Numbered from the stretch's first letter, positions 38,952 through 48,961 are shown. The stretch: DNA of 64,000 nucleotides from an uncultured Alphaproteobacteria bacterium (GCA_963719345.1 CAVRCA010000009.1:46029-110028), one strand, 5' to 3'. A program made the numbers and translations. The notes: a model not told the origin generated them from the letters alone.

Positions 38952-39785
38952 CTAAGCGGGTTTTGTTGCCTTGAGCGAGAACGATAACGGCAGCCACGGC
39001 TTGTCGGGCCAGTGATAGGTGCCATCGGGTTGCGGAACCAAGCCCTCGAACATGCGCCATGTGACGCGTTCGTGCTCATGCAGGAACGCGAGCGTAAGAC
39101 CGGCCTCAAGCAGGCTGGTGACGATCGTGCCGAGGGGGTGGAGCCAGATGATCTCCGTGCGGTTCCGAAGTTCCACCGAGTTGTTGATGTAGTCGTGCGG
39201 GTTGTCGAGGACCAGCGGATCGGCCGAGAAATAGGGTGCGAAGAACCCGGGCCTGCCGTCCGGCGATCGCGTCGCGTCGTCAAACACGAGCGCGATCGGG
39301 TGTTGCTCGGCAAGGTAGAGCGCACCACCCGGCTTGAGGAAGTGCGCAACGATTTCCGCCCAGCCCTTGATGTCGGGCAGCCAGTTGATCGCGCCCCAGG
39401 TGACGAACACACGGTCGAACGCGCCGGGCTCGCCGATTGCGGCGCGGGCGTCGTAGAGGTCGGCCTCGACGAAGCGCGACCGGTCCGCAAGGCCCAGCTC
39501 GGCGGCAAGCGTCCGTGCCGCGGTGATCGCCGAGGGCGAGAAATCGAGGCCGACCACTTCGGCGCCGCGCTGGGCCAATGCGAGGGTGTCGTTGCCGAAA
39601 TGGCATTGCAGATGCAGAACGCGCAATCCGCGCACGTCGCCCAGTTCCGCCTCGACGATCGGGTCGAAGCGGGCGTGGCGGGCGCGCAGCGAAGCGACGT
39701 CATAGCCGCCGGGTGCGAGGTGGATGCCGACCAGCTCGTCCCACCGCGCCCGGTTCGACGCGCGCCAATCAGTTTCCTCCGGCAC
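38952..39785 (-). CDS. Class I SAM-dependent methyltransferase
   Basis: LRVLHLQCHFGNDTLALAQRGAEVVGLDFSPSAI (motif I and post-I), then FDRVFVTWGAINWL and LKPGGALY. Confidence 0.8.
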   Translation of the reverse strand: MPEETDWRASNRARWDELVGIHLAPGGYDVASLRARHARFDPIVEAELGDVRGLRVLHLQCHFGNDTLALAQRGAEVVGLDFSPSAITAARTLAAELGLADRSRFVEADLYDARAAIGEPGAFDRVFVTWGAINWLPDIKGWAEIVAHFLKPGGALYLAEQHPIALVFDDATRSPDGRPGFFAPYFSADPLVLDNPHDYINNSVELRNRTEIIWLHPLGTIVTSLLEAGLTLAFLHEHERVTWRMFEGLVPQPDGTYHWPDKPWLPLSFSLKATKPA

Positions 39786-39790
39786 CAGAA

Positions 39791-41151
39791 CTATCCTGCG
39801 CAGAGTTCCATCACGCCGCGGATGTCGGGCAGCGTGTCGAGGCCGTTCACCGCGCCGATGATCTGCTCGGCGCGCGCGCCGAGCAGCGGTGCGACGAGGG
39901 CGGAAAACTTCGCCTCGATGCGGCCGCCCTGCGCCGCCACATCCTCGGCCGGCACACCCGAATCGTGACGATGGGTCACGCGCTTGCCATCCATAAGCTC
40001 GAGTTCCACCTCGGCCAGGGTATGCGGCCAGCCGGACTGGAATTCCATCTCGACCTGGTCGCGCAACGCGATCAGGCGGGGATCGGCGGCGGTCGCCTCG
40101 CTGTAGCTGTCGAGCGCCTCGGTGGGCACGCCGGCGAGTGCCATCGCCACCGCAAGGCGCAGGCTGAACTTGGCTTCGAGCCCGGTACGCGGTGCGGCGA
40201 TGTTGCAGACCCGGTCGGTCGCCTGATCGACCCGCAATCGCACGCTGCTGATCTGTTCAGGTTTCAGATCATGCTTGTTCCGCAGCGTGCGCGCAGCCTC
40301 GATCGGGCCGTGCACGAGGTAACAAGCGGCATGATACTTGAACAGGTTGGCAAAGATGTGCCACCCGCGCTCCGGTGTCGGTGAACGCGCGCTCGGGCAC
40401 GAAATCGGCGCTGTGTGTGCGGGCGAAACCCTGCGCGCACTCAAGCGCGTCCGCCCGGCTGGTGAAGCCACGGCTGGCGAGCTTGGCGGCGAGCAGCCCG
40501 TTGGAGGCGGCTTTGCCGGCGTGCAGCGGCTTGCACATCGTGCCGAACATCGACTTGAGCCCGGCGGCCTGGGTCGCCGCGATGCCGAGCGCCGTCGCGG
40601 TGGCGGCGGCATCGAGCCCGAGCAGGTGCGCGCAGGCCGCCGCCGCGCCGAAGCTGCCCACCGTCGCCGTGGCGTGGAAGCCGAGCCCGTCGTAGTGCCC
40701 AGGCGCGATCGTGCGGCCGAGCCGGCATTGCAGCTCGTAGCCGGCGACGAAGGCGGCGAGTATTTCGGCGCCGCTGGCGCCGCGTTCCTCTGCCAGAGCC
40801 AGCAGGCCGGGCAGGATGGCGACCGAGGGATGGCCGGGCATCGCCATGTTCACGTCGTCGAAATCGAGCGCGTGCGAGGCGCTGCCGTTGACCAGCGCGG
40901 CGGCGAGCGGCGGCAGGCGCACCGCACTGGCCGATGACGGTGGCGGACGGAGTGCCGCCCTGCTCGGTCATCTCGGCAAGCACGATCCCCACGAGCGGAT
41001 CGTTGGCGCCGGCCAGGGTGACGGCGAGATAGTCGAGCACGCATTGCCGCGCCAGCGCGCGTACGTCCGGCGGGAGGTCGGCCAAGGTGAGCGAACTCGC
41101 CTGTTCGGCCAACGCGCGCGTCAGGCCCGCGCTCTGCGTCATCACGTTCAC
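39791..41151 (-). pseudogene. MmgE/PrpD family protein (2-methylcitrate dehydratase-like), at least two frameshifts
   Basis: Three ORF pieces in three frames. Piece 1: VLDYLAVTLAGANDP. Piece 2: NGSASHALDFDDVNMAMPGHPS...GFHATATVG...MCKPLHAGKAA. Piece 3: WHIFANLFKYHAACYLVHGPIEA. The joins are at about 40925 and about 40365. Confidence 0.8.
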
Positions 41152-41169
41152 GGCTTTTTTGTCCCTGAC

Positions 41170-41971
41170 TCATCGTCCCTGGAAATTCGGCTTGCGCTTC
41201 TCGTTGAAGGCGCCGGACGCCTTCGCGCCGGTCCTCGGTCGGCACCATGCGGTTATACGCCTCGATCTCGAACATCGAGCCGCGCTGTAGAGGTCCATCT
41301 GCAGGCCCATGATGGATCGCGTGCTTGGCCTGGCGCACCGAGATCGGCGCGTTGGCGGCGATCGTGGCAGCCGTGTCCAGCGCCGTCGTCGAGCAGCCGT
41401 CGGCGGCGCGCAGACGCGGTTGACCATGCCCCATTCGTAGCCCTGGGCGGCGGTGAACGGCTCGCCGGTGAGGATGATCTCCTTGGCCCGCCGCTCGCCG
41501 ACGGCGCGCGGCAGGTTCTGCGTGCCGCCGGCGCCCGGCATGATGCCGAGCGTCACCTCGGTCAAGCGCGAAGCGCGCGCTGCTCGGCGGCGTAGATGAA
41601 GTCGCAGCACAAGCGCGAGTCTCGCAGCCGCCGCCGAAGGCCGCGCCGTTGACCGCCGCGATCACCGGCACCGGGCAGCCGATCAGCGCCCGGATGCCGC
41701 GCTCGAAGATCAGGTGCTGCGCCTGCCACTCGCGTCGGTCATGCCGTGGCGCTCCTTGAGGTCGCCGCCGGCGCAGAAGACGCGCTCGCCGGCGCCGGTC
41801 AGCACGATGCAGCGAAACTCGCGCGGGTCGGCGTTCAGCCGTCCCACAGACCAGCAGATCGCGGCCCATCTGCGTGTTCATGGCGTTCGCCGATTCCGGC
41901 CGGTTCAGCGTCACCAGCAGGGTGTGCTCGCGGGGCTCGTCCAGGCGGAGGGTCTCGTAGGTCTTCGCCAT
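41170..41971 (-). pseudogene. Enoyl-CoA hydratase/isomerase (crotonase) family, about ten frameshifts
   Basis: Readable only by hopping between frames. The successive segments are MAKTYETLRLDEP...GRDLL, LNADPREFRCIVLTGAGERVFCAGGD, EWQAQHLIF...AAVNGAAFGGGCE, LAL, CDFIYAAEQ, ARFAL, TEVTLGIMPGAGGTQNLPR...EWGMVNRV, LDTAATIAANAPISVRQAKHAIHHG, LQMDLYS, MFEIEAYNRMVPTEDRREGV and AFNEKRKPNFQGR. Confidence 0.8.
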
Positions 41972-42105
41972 GTCGCCCGTCCGGTGCTCAGCCGGATCGG
42001 ACGCTAACAAGCGGGTTCCGCAGGGTCAAACCGCTGCGATTACGGGCGGCGGGGTGGCCGTCGCCGGGTGCTCTGGTATGATCCGGCAAGAAGGGTCCGG
42101 AAGTA

Positions 42106-42827
42106 ATGAAAATGGCGAAAGGAGTGAGACTTCGACCGGGCAGCCCGGCGTGCCGCCCTGCTTGCCAGTCCGCTGTTCCAGGCGATGTCGCCGGCCGAAC
42201 TGGACCAGGTGCTGAAGTTCTCCCTGGAGCGCAGAGGTGGCCGCGCGGCGAGATCATATTCCAGCAGGGCGACGAGGGGTCGAGCATGATGGCCGTGCTC
42301 AGCGGCCGCGTGCGGGTCGGCACGATCTCCGCCGAAGGGCGGGAGTTCACGTTCAACACGATCGGTCCCGGCGAGGTGGTCGGCGAGATCGCGCTGCTCG
42401 ACGGCAAGCCGCGCAGCGCCGAGCGTCGCCAGCGAGGATACCCAGCTGCTCGTGGTCGAGCGCCGAAATTTCATCCCGTTCCTGCGTCACAACGACGACC
42501 TCTACCTTCGGCTGCTGGCGGTGCTGTGCGAGCGGCTGCGGCGGACCAGCGTGGTGCTCGAGGAGCTGGCCCTGCTCGAGTTCCCCGCCCGGCTGGCCCG
42601 GCTGCTGCTCAAGTTTGCCGACAATTTCGGCCAGCCCGACGGGCGGGGGGTGCGCATCCAGCTCAAGCTGGTCGCATGGCGACTCGGCCAGGCAGGTCGG
42701 GGCCTCGGCGCGGAGTTGGTCGCCAAGGAACTCAAGAAGTGGGAGCGCGAGGGCCTGCTGCGGCAGGAGCGTGCTGGCTACTACGTGGTGGTGAAAGCCG
42801 GGCGAACTGCGCCGACTGGCGGGCTGA
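42106..42827 (+). pseudogene. Crp/Fnr family transcriptional regulator, at least five frameshifts
   Basis: The segments lie in different frames: LLASPLFQAMSPAELDQVLKFSLERR, RGEIIFQQGDEGSSMMAVLSGRVRVGTISAEGREFTFNTIGPGEVVGEIALLDGKPRSA, LVVERRNFIPFL...LEELALLEFPARLARLLL, KELKKWEREGLLRQERAGYYVV and ELRRLAG-stop (tga 42825-42827). Confidence 0.75.
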
Positions 42828-42882
42828 AACCCAGTCCGGGCGATTGGGTTTCGCGTCGGATCAGTGCGCAAGGAGCCCCCCA

Positions 42883-44151
42883 ATGCCGGTTGACCCCAGC
42901 GGCGTGACCTCACGCGGCGCACCTTGTTCGGCTACCGGCGCGGCTGGGCTCGCCGGCCTGGGCATCGCCGCGGCCCAGGCCGCACAGCCGTCCGACATGC
43001 TCGGCAAGGTCGCCGACGGTCAGGTGAGTCTGCCTTCCCTCGGGCCGGGTGACCCGGGCGGCCCGGTCAGCGCCCGGACCCTACGCCTCGCCGGCTGGGC
43101 ATTGCCGTGGTCGGTCTCGGGCACTTGGCGCTGCAGGAGATCCTGCCGGCGTTCGGCGAGGCCAGGCACGTCCGCGTTACGGCGCTGGTCAGCGGCGAAG
43201 CGGCCAAGGCCCGGGCTGTCGCCGCCCAGTACGGCGTGCCGGAGAAGAGCCTCTACGATTACAAGAGCTTCGACGGACTGCGCGACAATCCCGAGGTGGA
43301 CGTCGTCTACATCGTGCTGCCGAACGCCATGCACGCCGAATACACGGTGCGGGCGGCGCAGGCCGGTAAGCACGTGCTGTGCGAAAAGCCGATGGCGACC
43401 TCGGTGGCCGACGCCCAGTCGATGATCGACGCCTGCCGCAGCGCCGGGCGCAAGCTGATGATCGCCTATCGCTGCCAGTATGAACCTTATAACCGCGCCC
43501 TGACCGCGCTGGCCCGCTCGGGCGAGTATGGCAAGGTGCGGCTGATCGAGGCGGTGAACGGCCAGAACAGCGCCAATAACGGCCAGTGGCGGCTAGATCG
43601 GGCCATGGCGGGCGGCGGCTCGCTGCCCGATGTCGGCCTCTATTGCCTGAAACGCCGCGCGCTACCTCACGGGCGAGGAGCCGGTCGAGATCAGCGCCCG
43701 AATGACGCAGCCGAAGGACGATCCGCGATTTCGCGAAGTGGAGGACGTCGCCACCTTCACCCTCGGATTTCCGAGCGGCGCCGAGGCGGTCTGCACCTCG
43801 GGCTACAGTTTCTATGAAAGCCGGCGGTGTCGGGTCATGGCCGAGCGGGCCTGGTTCGAACTCGACCCCGCTTTTTCCTATAAGGGCCTGCGGCTGCGGA
43901 TCGGCCGGGCGCAAAGCGGGGCCGGCGTGGTCGAGGAGCGCCACTACCAGAGTGGCAGCCAGTTTGCCCTGGAGATGGACCAGTTCGCCCAGGCGATCCG
44001 CGACAACCGCACGCCGCGCACCCCGGGCGAAGAGGGGCTGCAGGATCAGAAGCTGATCGCGGCGATCTACCAGGCGGCGGCCGGCGGCGGCGTGCTGAAG
44101 CTGCCGGAGGTCGCCGGGCGCGACGTCACGCGCGGGCCGATGCCGGGGTGA
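42883..44151 (+). pseudogene. Gfo/Idh/MocA family oxidoreductase with twin-arginine signal, at least four frameshifts
   Basis: aaggag RBS and ATG 42883. LTRRTLFG and ATGAAGLAGLGIAAAQAA lie in two different frames. RRLGIAVVGLGHLALQEILPAF...VLCEKPMA is in the frame of ORF 43107, and the C-terminal part is in the frame of ORF 43702. That last join is at about 43650 (DVGLYCL / ARYLTGEEPVEISARMTQ). Confidence 0.75.
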
Positions 44152-44214
44152 GGGGTCTTTGCGGAACGCTAACATCGATTGACAGGTCACACCGGCGACT
44201 AGGCATAAGGCGCC

Positions 44215-45078
44215 ATGCGGTCTGGCCTGTGTCTGCCGATTGCCTGTATGCTGCTCGCCTGCGTCGGGTTGGCCCACGGGCAGCCGGCGCAGGACCGCAG
44301 CTTCGTCACCAGCGACGGCGTGCGGCTGCATTACATCGAGGCCGGCCCGCCGCATGGGCATACGCTCGTGCTTATACCCGGCTGGACCATGCCCGCCTGG
44401 ATCTGGAGCCCGCAAATCCGTGACTTCGCGGCCGGCTATCACGTGATCGCCTTGGACCCGAGAGGACAGGGCGACTCCGAAGTCGCTCCGTCGGGCTACG
44501 AGCCGATCCGCCGGGGGCAGGACATCGCCGAACTCGTCGCCCGACTCGGGCCGGAGCCCGTGCTGCTGGTCGGCTGGTCGCTCGGCGTGCTCGACACGCT
44601 GGCCTACGTCCATACCAGCGGCGACCGGCGGATCGCCGGATTGGTTTTGGTCGACAACTCGATCGGTGAGGATCCGCCGCCGGTGATCTCCGAGGTGCGG
44701 CTCCATCACGGTCCCAGATTGCCGGCCGACGTGCTGATGCGTCGCTTCGTCCGCAGCCTGTTCCACAAACCGCAGAACCAGGCCTATCTCGACGTGCTGA
44801 CCGCGGTCGCCCTGCGCACGCCGGAATACGCCCGTCATGCGCTGCTCGCCTATCCGATGCCGCGCAGGTACTGGCGGGAAGCGGTGTATTCGACCGCCAA
44901 GCCGATTTTCTATGCCGTCCGCCCGCTCTGGGCGGGACAGGCCGCCAATTTCCAGCGCAATCACCCCGGCGCCGAGACCGCGGTGTTCGCCGATGCCGGT
45001 CACGCGCTGTTCGTCGACGATGCGGCGCGCTTCGACACGCTGCTCGTCAGCTTCATTCGCCGCCGGATCTGGCCTTGA
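44215..45078 (+). CDS. Secreted alpha/beta-fold hydrolase
   Basis: Signal peptide MRSGLCLPIACMLLACVGLAHG. Then HTLVLIPGWTM, ALDPRGQGDSE, and the nucleophile elbow VGWSLGV. Confidence 0.8.
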   Translation: MRSGLCLPIACMLLACVGLAHGQPAQDRSFVTSDGVRLHYIEAGPPHGHTLVLIPGWTMPAWIWSPQIRDFAAGYHVIALDPRGQGDSEVAPSGYEPIRRGQDIAELVARLGPEPVLLVGWSLGVLDTLAYVHTSGDRRIAGLVLVDNSIGEDPPPVISEVRLHHGPRLPADVLMRRFVRSLFHKPQNQAYLDVLTAVALRTPEYARHALLAYPMPRRYWREAVYSTAKPIFYAVRPLWAGQAANFQRNHPGAETAVFADAGHALFVDDAARFDTLLVSFIRRRIWP

Positions 45079-47567
45079 CCTCGGCTCCTGCCCCTCGGGC
45101 ATCCCGGGGGACCGCGTTGCTGCCGCTGTTCCTCATCTCCGCCGCCTCGATCGGCTACGAGATCGCGCTCACCCGGTATTTCGCCGTCGCGAAATGGTCC
45201 GAGTATGGCTACTGGGTGATCTCCATCGTCATGGTCGGCTTCGCGCTGAGCGGGGTGGTCCTGGCGCTATTCCGGGACGCCTTCGCGCGCAACGCCGGTT
45301 GGCTGCTCCCCATCCTGCCGGCGACGCTGATCGCCGCCGCCGCGATCGGCTACCACTTCACCACGACGAATCCGTTCAACCCACTGCAATTGCAGAATGA
45401 GGCGACCTGGTCGGCGCAGCTCGGCAACATCGCCGCCTATTATGCCTGCCTACTGCCGTTCTTCTTCCTGACCGGCCTCTACATCAGCCTGAGTTTTGTC
45501 CTCAACGCGGACCGGATCGGGCGGGTATACGGGTTCGATCTGACCGGCGCCGGCGCCGGCGCCGCCTTCGTGCTGCTGCTGATGTTCGTCGTGCATCCGT
45601 TCATGCTGGTCCCGGCGCTGCTGCCGCTGATCGCCCTCGGCGGCCTCATTCCGGTGGCCGAGCGGAGGGGGCGCTGGCGACGGACAGGGGCGGCCGCCGC
45701 TCTCGTGGCACTGCTCGCGGCCGAGGCGGTATTGATCTGGGACAGCCAGGCGGCCTTCAATGATTTCAAGCCGATCTACGCCCCACTGAACACGCCGGGT
45801 GCAAAGGTGCTGGCCGCGCGCCGCGCGCCGCGCGGCTTCTATCAGTTGCTCGACGACTTCACCGAGCGCGTCGACACCGATATTTCCAACGATGCCGGGA
45901 TGCTTGGTCTGCCCGGCCCGCCACAGACCTTCGGTCTCTACCGGGACGGCACTCGGATCGCGGCACTGCCGAAGCCCGGCGCGCTCGACGCGCGCTACGG
46001 GCCGGCGTCGCTCGACGCCCTGCCGTACACCTTGCTGCGTGCGCCGCACGTGCTTCTCGCCGGCGCGTCGGGCGGGTTCCGCATCGCCGAGGCGGTCAGT
46101 CTCGGCGCCGGGCGCGTCGAGGCGGTAGAGCCCGAGCCGGTGCTGCTCGAGGCGCTGCGCCACGGTTTCGGCCCGTCTCCCCCACAACCCGAAAGCGCCC
46201 GGGTCAGCATCTCCGGCCGATCGCCGATCGCCGCGGCGCGCGCCGACGGTCCCTTCGACCTGGTCGATGTGTCGGCCGATTTCCTCGATAGCGCGGAGGC
46301 CAACGGCACCGCGTTTGCCGCCGAGGCGATCGCCACTTACCTGCGTGCGCTGAGCCCGGCGGGTATCGTCTCGCTGCCGGCCTCGATCCGGGATTTTCCG
46401 GTCTACGCGCTGCGGCTTCTCGCGACCGGGCGGGAGGCGCTGATCAAGGTCGGGATCGATGACCCGGCGGCGCATGTCCTGGCCTATCGCTCGGCGTGGA
46501 GCGTACGGGTGCTGCTGTCGCGGCAGCCCTGGAGCGCCGAGCGCATCGCCGCCGCCAAGGCGTTCTGCGATGCTCGCTCCTTCGATATCGCCTACTTTCC
46601 CGGGATCGACGTCCAGGCGGCAAGGGCGAGCCTTTACAATGATTTGCCGGCGGTCTCGTTCGACGCGGGCGAGGTCACTTCGGGTGGCCCGGCCGACGCC
46701 ATAGCCGACGAGGCGCGCGCTGTGCTCGACGGCGCACCGACCGCCTCGGCCCGCGCGTTCAACCTGGAGCCGATCACCTTCGACCGGCCGTTCTATTATT
46801 CGGTTCTGCGGCTCGGCCATCTCGATACCCTCCTGCGGCGGCTGGAAATCTTGCCGCAGGCGGAAATCGGCGCGCTGGTGAACCTCGCCGTGCTCGCGCA
46901 GGCGCTGGTGATCGCGGCCGTGGTGCTTGTCGTGCCGCTCGCGGCGCGTCGGCGGCTGCGTGGGGGCAGCGGTGGATTGTTACGGGCGGCAATCTATTTC
47001 CCAGCCTTGGGCCTTGGCTTCCTGTTCATCGAAATCTTCCTGATCGAACGTGCCTCCTTCTACCTGAACGATCGCAGCACTGCGTTCGCCCTCGTGCTGA
47101 CCGGCATGCTCGTGGGTTCCGGCCTCGGCAGCATGGCCATCGAGCGCGTCCGACCCGACCCGCGCCGCGCGACGGCGATCGCCTGCGCCATTGCGGTCGC
47201 CTGGTGCGTGCTGCTGGTGCTGGTGTCGCAGCCGTTGATGCTCGCCACGTTGTCGCTGCCTTGGTTGCTGCGTGGCGCCCTGGTACTGCTGTCGCTCGCG
47301 CCGGTTTCGGTCGCACTCGGAATGCCGTTCCCCCTCGGACTGGCACGAGCGGGGACCGGCGGTCTGCTGCCCTGGGCCTGGGCACTCAACGGAGCATTTT
47401 CGGTCGTCGCTACCCCCCTTGCCAACCTGATCGCCCGGGAGGCAGGCATCAGCAGGGTTCTACTCGCCGCCGCTGTGCTGTATGGGCTCGCCCTGATAAC
47501 GTTTCCGCTCATGAGGAAAAGCAGTCAGTGGCAGGACATTCCGGAAGCATCACCCGTCGGGGACTGA
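45075..47567 (+). CDS. Large polytopic membrane protein with central spermidine-synthase-like (SAM-MTase fold) domain
   Basis: 830 aa. TM bundles at both ends share similar lead-in motifs (LFLISAASIGYEIALTRYF at the N-end, LGFLFIEIFLIERASFYL at the C-end). The central soluble part contains VLLAGASGGFRIAEAVSLGAGRVEAVEPEP and FDLVDVSADF. The TTG start overlaps the hydrolase stop (TTGA). Confidence 0.6.
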   Translation: MTSAPAPRASRGTALLPLFLISAASIGYEIALTRYFAVAKWSEYGYWVISIVMVGFALSGVVLALFRDAFARNAGWLLPILPATLIAAAAIGYHFTTTNPFNPLQLQNEATWSAQLGNIAAYYACLLPFFFLTGLYISLSFVLNADRIGRVYGFDLTGAGAGAAFVLLLMFVVHPFMLVPALLPLIALGGLIPVAERRGRWRRTGAAAALVALLAAEAVLIWDSQAAFNDFKPIYAPLNTPGAKVLAARRAPRGFYQLLDDFTERVDTDISNDAGMLGLPGPPQTFGLYRDGTRIAALPKPGALDARYGPASLDALPYTLLRAPHVLLAGASGGFRIAEAVSLGAGRVEAVEPEPVLLEALRHGFGPSPPQPESARVSISGRSPIAAARADGPFDLVDVSADFLDSAEANGTAFAAEAIATYLRALSPAGIVSLPASIRDFPVYALRLLATGREALIKVGIDDPAAHVLAYRSAWSVRVLLSRQPWSAERIAAAKAFCDARSFDIAYFPGIDVQAARASLYNDLPAVSFDAGEVTSGGPADAIADEARAVLDGAPTASARAFNLEPITFDRPFYYSVLRLGHLDTLLRRLEILPQAEIGALVNLAVLAQALVIAAVVLVVPLAARRRLRGGSGGLLRAAIYFPALGLGFLFIEIFLIERASFYLNDRSTAFALVLTGMLVGSGLGSMAIERVRPDPRRATAIACAIAVAWCVLLVLVSQPLMLATLSLPWLLRGALVLLSLAPVSVALGMPFPLGLARAGTGGLLPWAWALNGAFSVVATPLANLIAREAGISRVLLAAAVLYGLALITFPLMRKSSQWQDIPEASPVGD

Positions 47568-48457
47568 TAGCGACGGCTTCGGCCGCTGTCCTGGCCTCGT
47601 CCGGTCGCGCGCGTGCGGCGTCCGCGCCCTGGACCCGCGAGGCATTCGAGCAGGCGATGCACCGCTCCGGCCGGCCGGTGAGCCTGACCGACGAGCAGTT
47701 CGAGGCAATCCAGGCGCGCAAGCCGGCCGCCCTCAAACTGATCGACCATTACTTGACGGAGCGGCTGGGGGCGGCCGACCCGAAGGTGATGGCCGCCTTC
47801 GAGACGGTGCCCCGCGAGTACTTTCATTATGTCTACTCGGAGCATCGGGCGACGCCAGGGGACGCGTACGAGGATACGCCCAAGCCTTGGGCGCTCGGCT
47901 ACGGATCGGCGCTGTCGGACTATCTCGGCCAAGCTTACATGACGCAGGTCGCGAAACCCGGCGTGAACGACGTCACCCTGGAGATCGGCACCGGCAGCGG
48001 GTTCCAGAGCGCGCTGCTGTCGCGCATCGTCAAGCAGGCCTACTCGATCGAGATCATCGAACCGCTTGGTCACGCGGTCGGAAAAATCTTTTCGCCGCTC
48101 GGCTACGACAACGTCCATACCCGCGTGGGCGACGGCTATTTCGGCTGGCCGGAGGTGAACGGCGGGTTCGACATCATCATCGTGACGTGCGCCGCCCAGT
48201 ATGCGCCGCCCGAGTTGTTCAAGCAGATGAAGCCGGGCGGACGGATGATCATTCCGATCGGCCAGCCGTTCAAGCGCGGCCAGGTGCTGTACGTCTATAC
48301 CAAGGATGGAAACGGCAAAATCCATTCCCGGCGCGATGTCGGGGTATTCTTTATTCCGATGACCGGGGCGATGATGAAGAACCCTGCGCCGTCCGCGACG
48401 CCGGTGGCGGCGGCCACCGAACCTGCGCCCGCCGGGGCCAAGCCGGGGTCCGAATAG
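47528..48457 (+). CDS. Protein-L-isoaspartate O-methyltransferase-like protein with N-terminal twin-arginine-type signal
   Basis: VAGHSGSITRRGLIATASAAVLASSGRARAASAP, then FETVPREYF, LEIGTGSGFQSALLS, GDGYFGWPE, IIVTCAA and LKPGGRMIIPIG-like blocks. GTG 47528 is the most plausible start and overlaps the upstream gene by 40 nt. Confidence 0.75.
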   Translation: MAGHSGSITRRGLIATASAAVLASSGRARAASAPWTREAFEQAMHRSGRPVSLTDEQFEAIQARKPAALKLIDHYLTERLGAADPKVMAAFETVPREYFHYVYSEHRATPGDAYEDTPKPWALGYGSALSDYLGQAYMTQVAKPGVNDVTLEIGTGSGFQSALLSRIVKQAYSIEIIEPLGHAVGKIFSPLGYDNVHTRVGDGYFGWPEVNGGFDIIIVTCAAQYAPPELFKQMKPGGRMIIPIGQPFKRGQVLYVYTKDGNGKIHSRRDVGVFFIPMTGAMMKNPAPSATPVAAATEPAPAGAKPGSE

Positions 48458-48460
48458 ACG

Positions 48461-48961
48461 CTACTGGAGGGCGCCCCAGCGCTCGACCGCCGGCTCTGCG
48501 GTGGCCCATTTCCATCGTTCAGCCTGCCGGCAGATCGACGCGGTGTACCAACTCCTCGACGCGCCGTCATCGACCGAAAAGACGATCTCCTTGCACGCGG
48601 CGAGCGGGGTGCTGATGTCGCGGACTACACGCAACTGGCCCTGTTCGTCGCCGATCGGGATGTCGTGCCGGATGCGCCAGGTCGTGACGCCGTTCGGGCC
48701 GAGGCCGGCCGCGGCCTCCGCGATCGCGTCCTGCTCGGCTTGGTGGCGCGAGCGGCCGACGTAGCGCACGGTCGCGTCGGTTACCGCGTCAACCGCAATG
48801 CCGACCGCAAGACCCACCGCCAGATTGCCCGAGGCGCCCCCGGCGATGCCGCCGCCGATCACGCCGGCGATCTCCGGGACCGCTTTGCAGCCGGCCAGTG
48901 CCGAGACGAGAGCGGCCACGACAAGCAGCCGCGAAGTGGCGATCACTGCAGCGAGCCCCAT
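48461..48961 (-). CDS. Lipoprotein, paralog B (Gly-rich segment plus Cys-containing C-terminal domain; surface-antigen-like)
   Basis: MGLAAVIATSRLLVVAALVSALAGC lipobox. Gly-rich IAGVIGGGIAGGASGNLAVGLAVGIA. C-terminal part: WRIRHDIPIGDEQGQLRVV...CKEIVFSVD...CRQAERWKWATAEPAVERWGALQ. Confidence 0.65.
   Translation of the reverse strand: MGLAAVIATSRLLVVAALVSALAGCKAVPEIAGVIGGGIAGGASGNLAVGLAVGIAVDAVTDATVRYVGRSRHQAEQDAIAEAAAGLGPNGVTTWRIRHDIPIGDEQGQLRVVRDISTPLAACKEIVFSVDDGASRSWYTASICRQAERWKWATAEPAVERWGALQ

Noticed and set aside
36618-39703. 661-aa and 550-aa minus-strand ORFs (36618..38603 and 38051..39703) taken at face value
   Set aside because: Each is a real gene (the M20 peptidase from 38048, TauD from 38941) with an upstream extension that is an out-of-frame read-through of the neighbouring gene. 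The internal ATGs with Shine-Dalgarno sequences give proteins of normal length.
42106-43425. 439-aa plus-strand ORF as one protein
   Set aside because: It is only locally meaningful, carrying the cNMP-binding segment of the Crp-like gene and part of the Gfo signal region. The rest is out-of-frame sequence kept open by GC bias.
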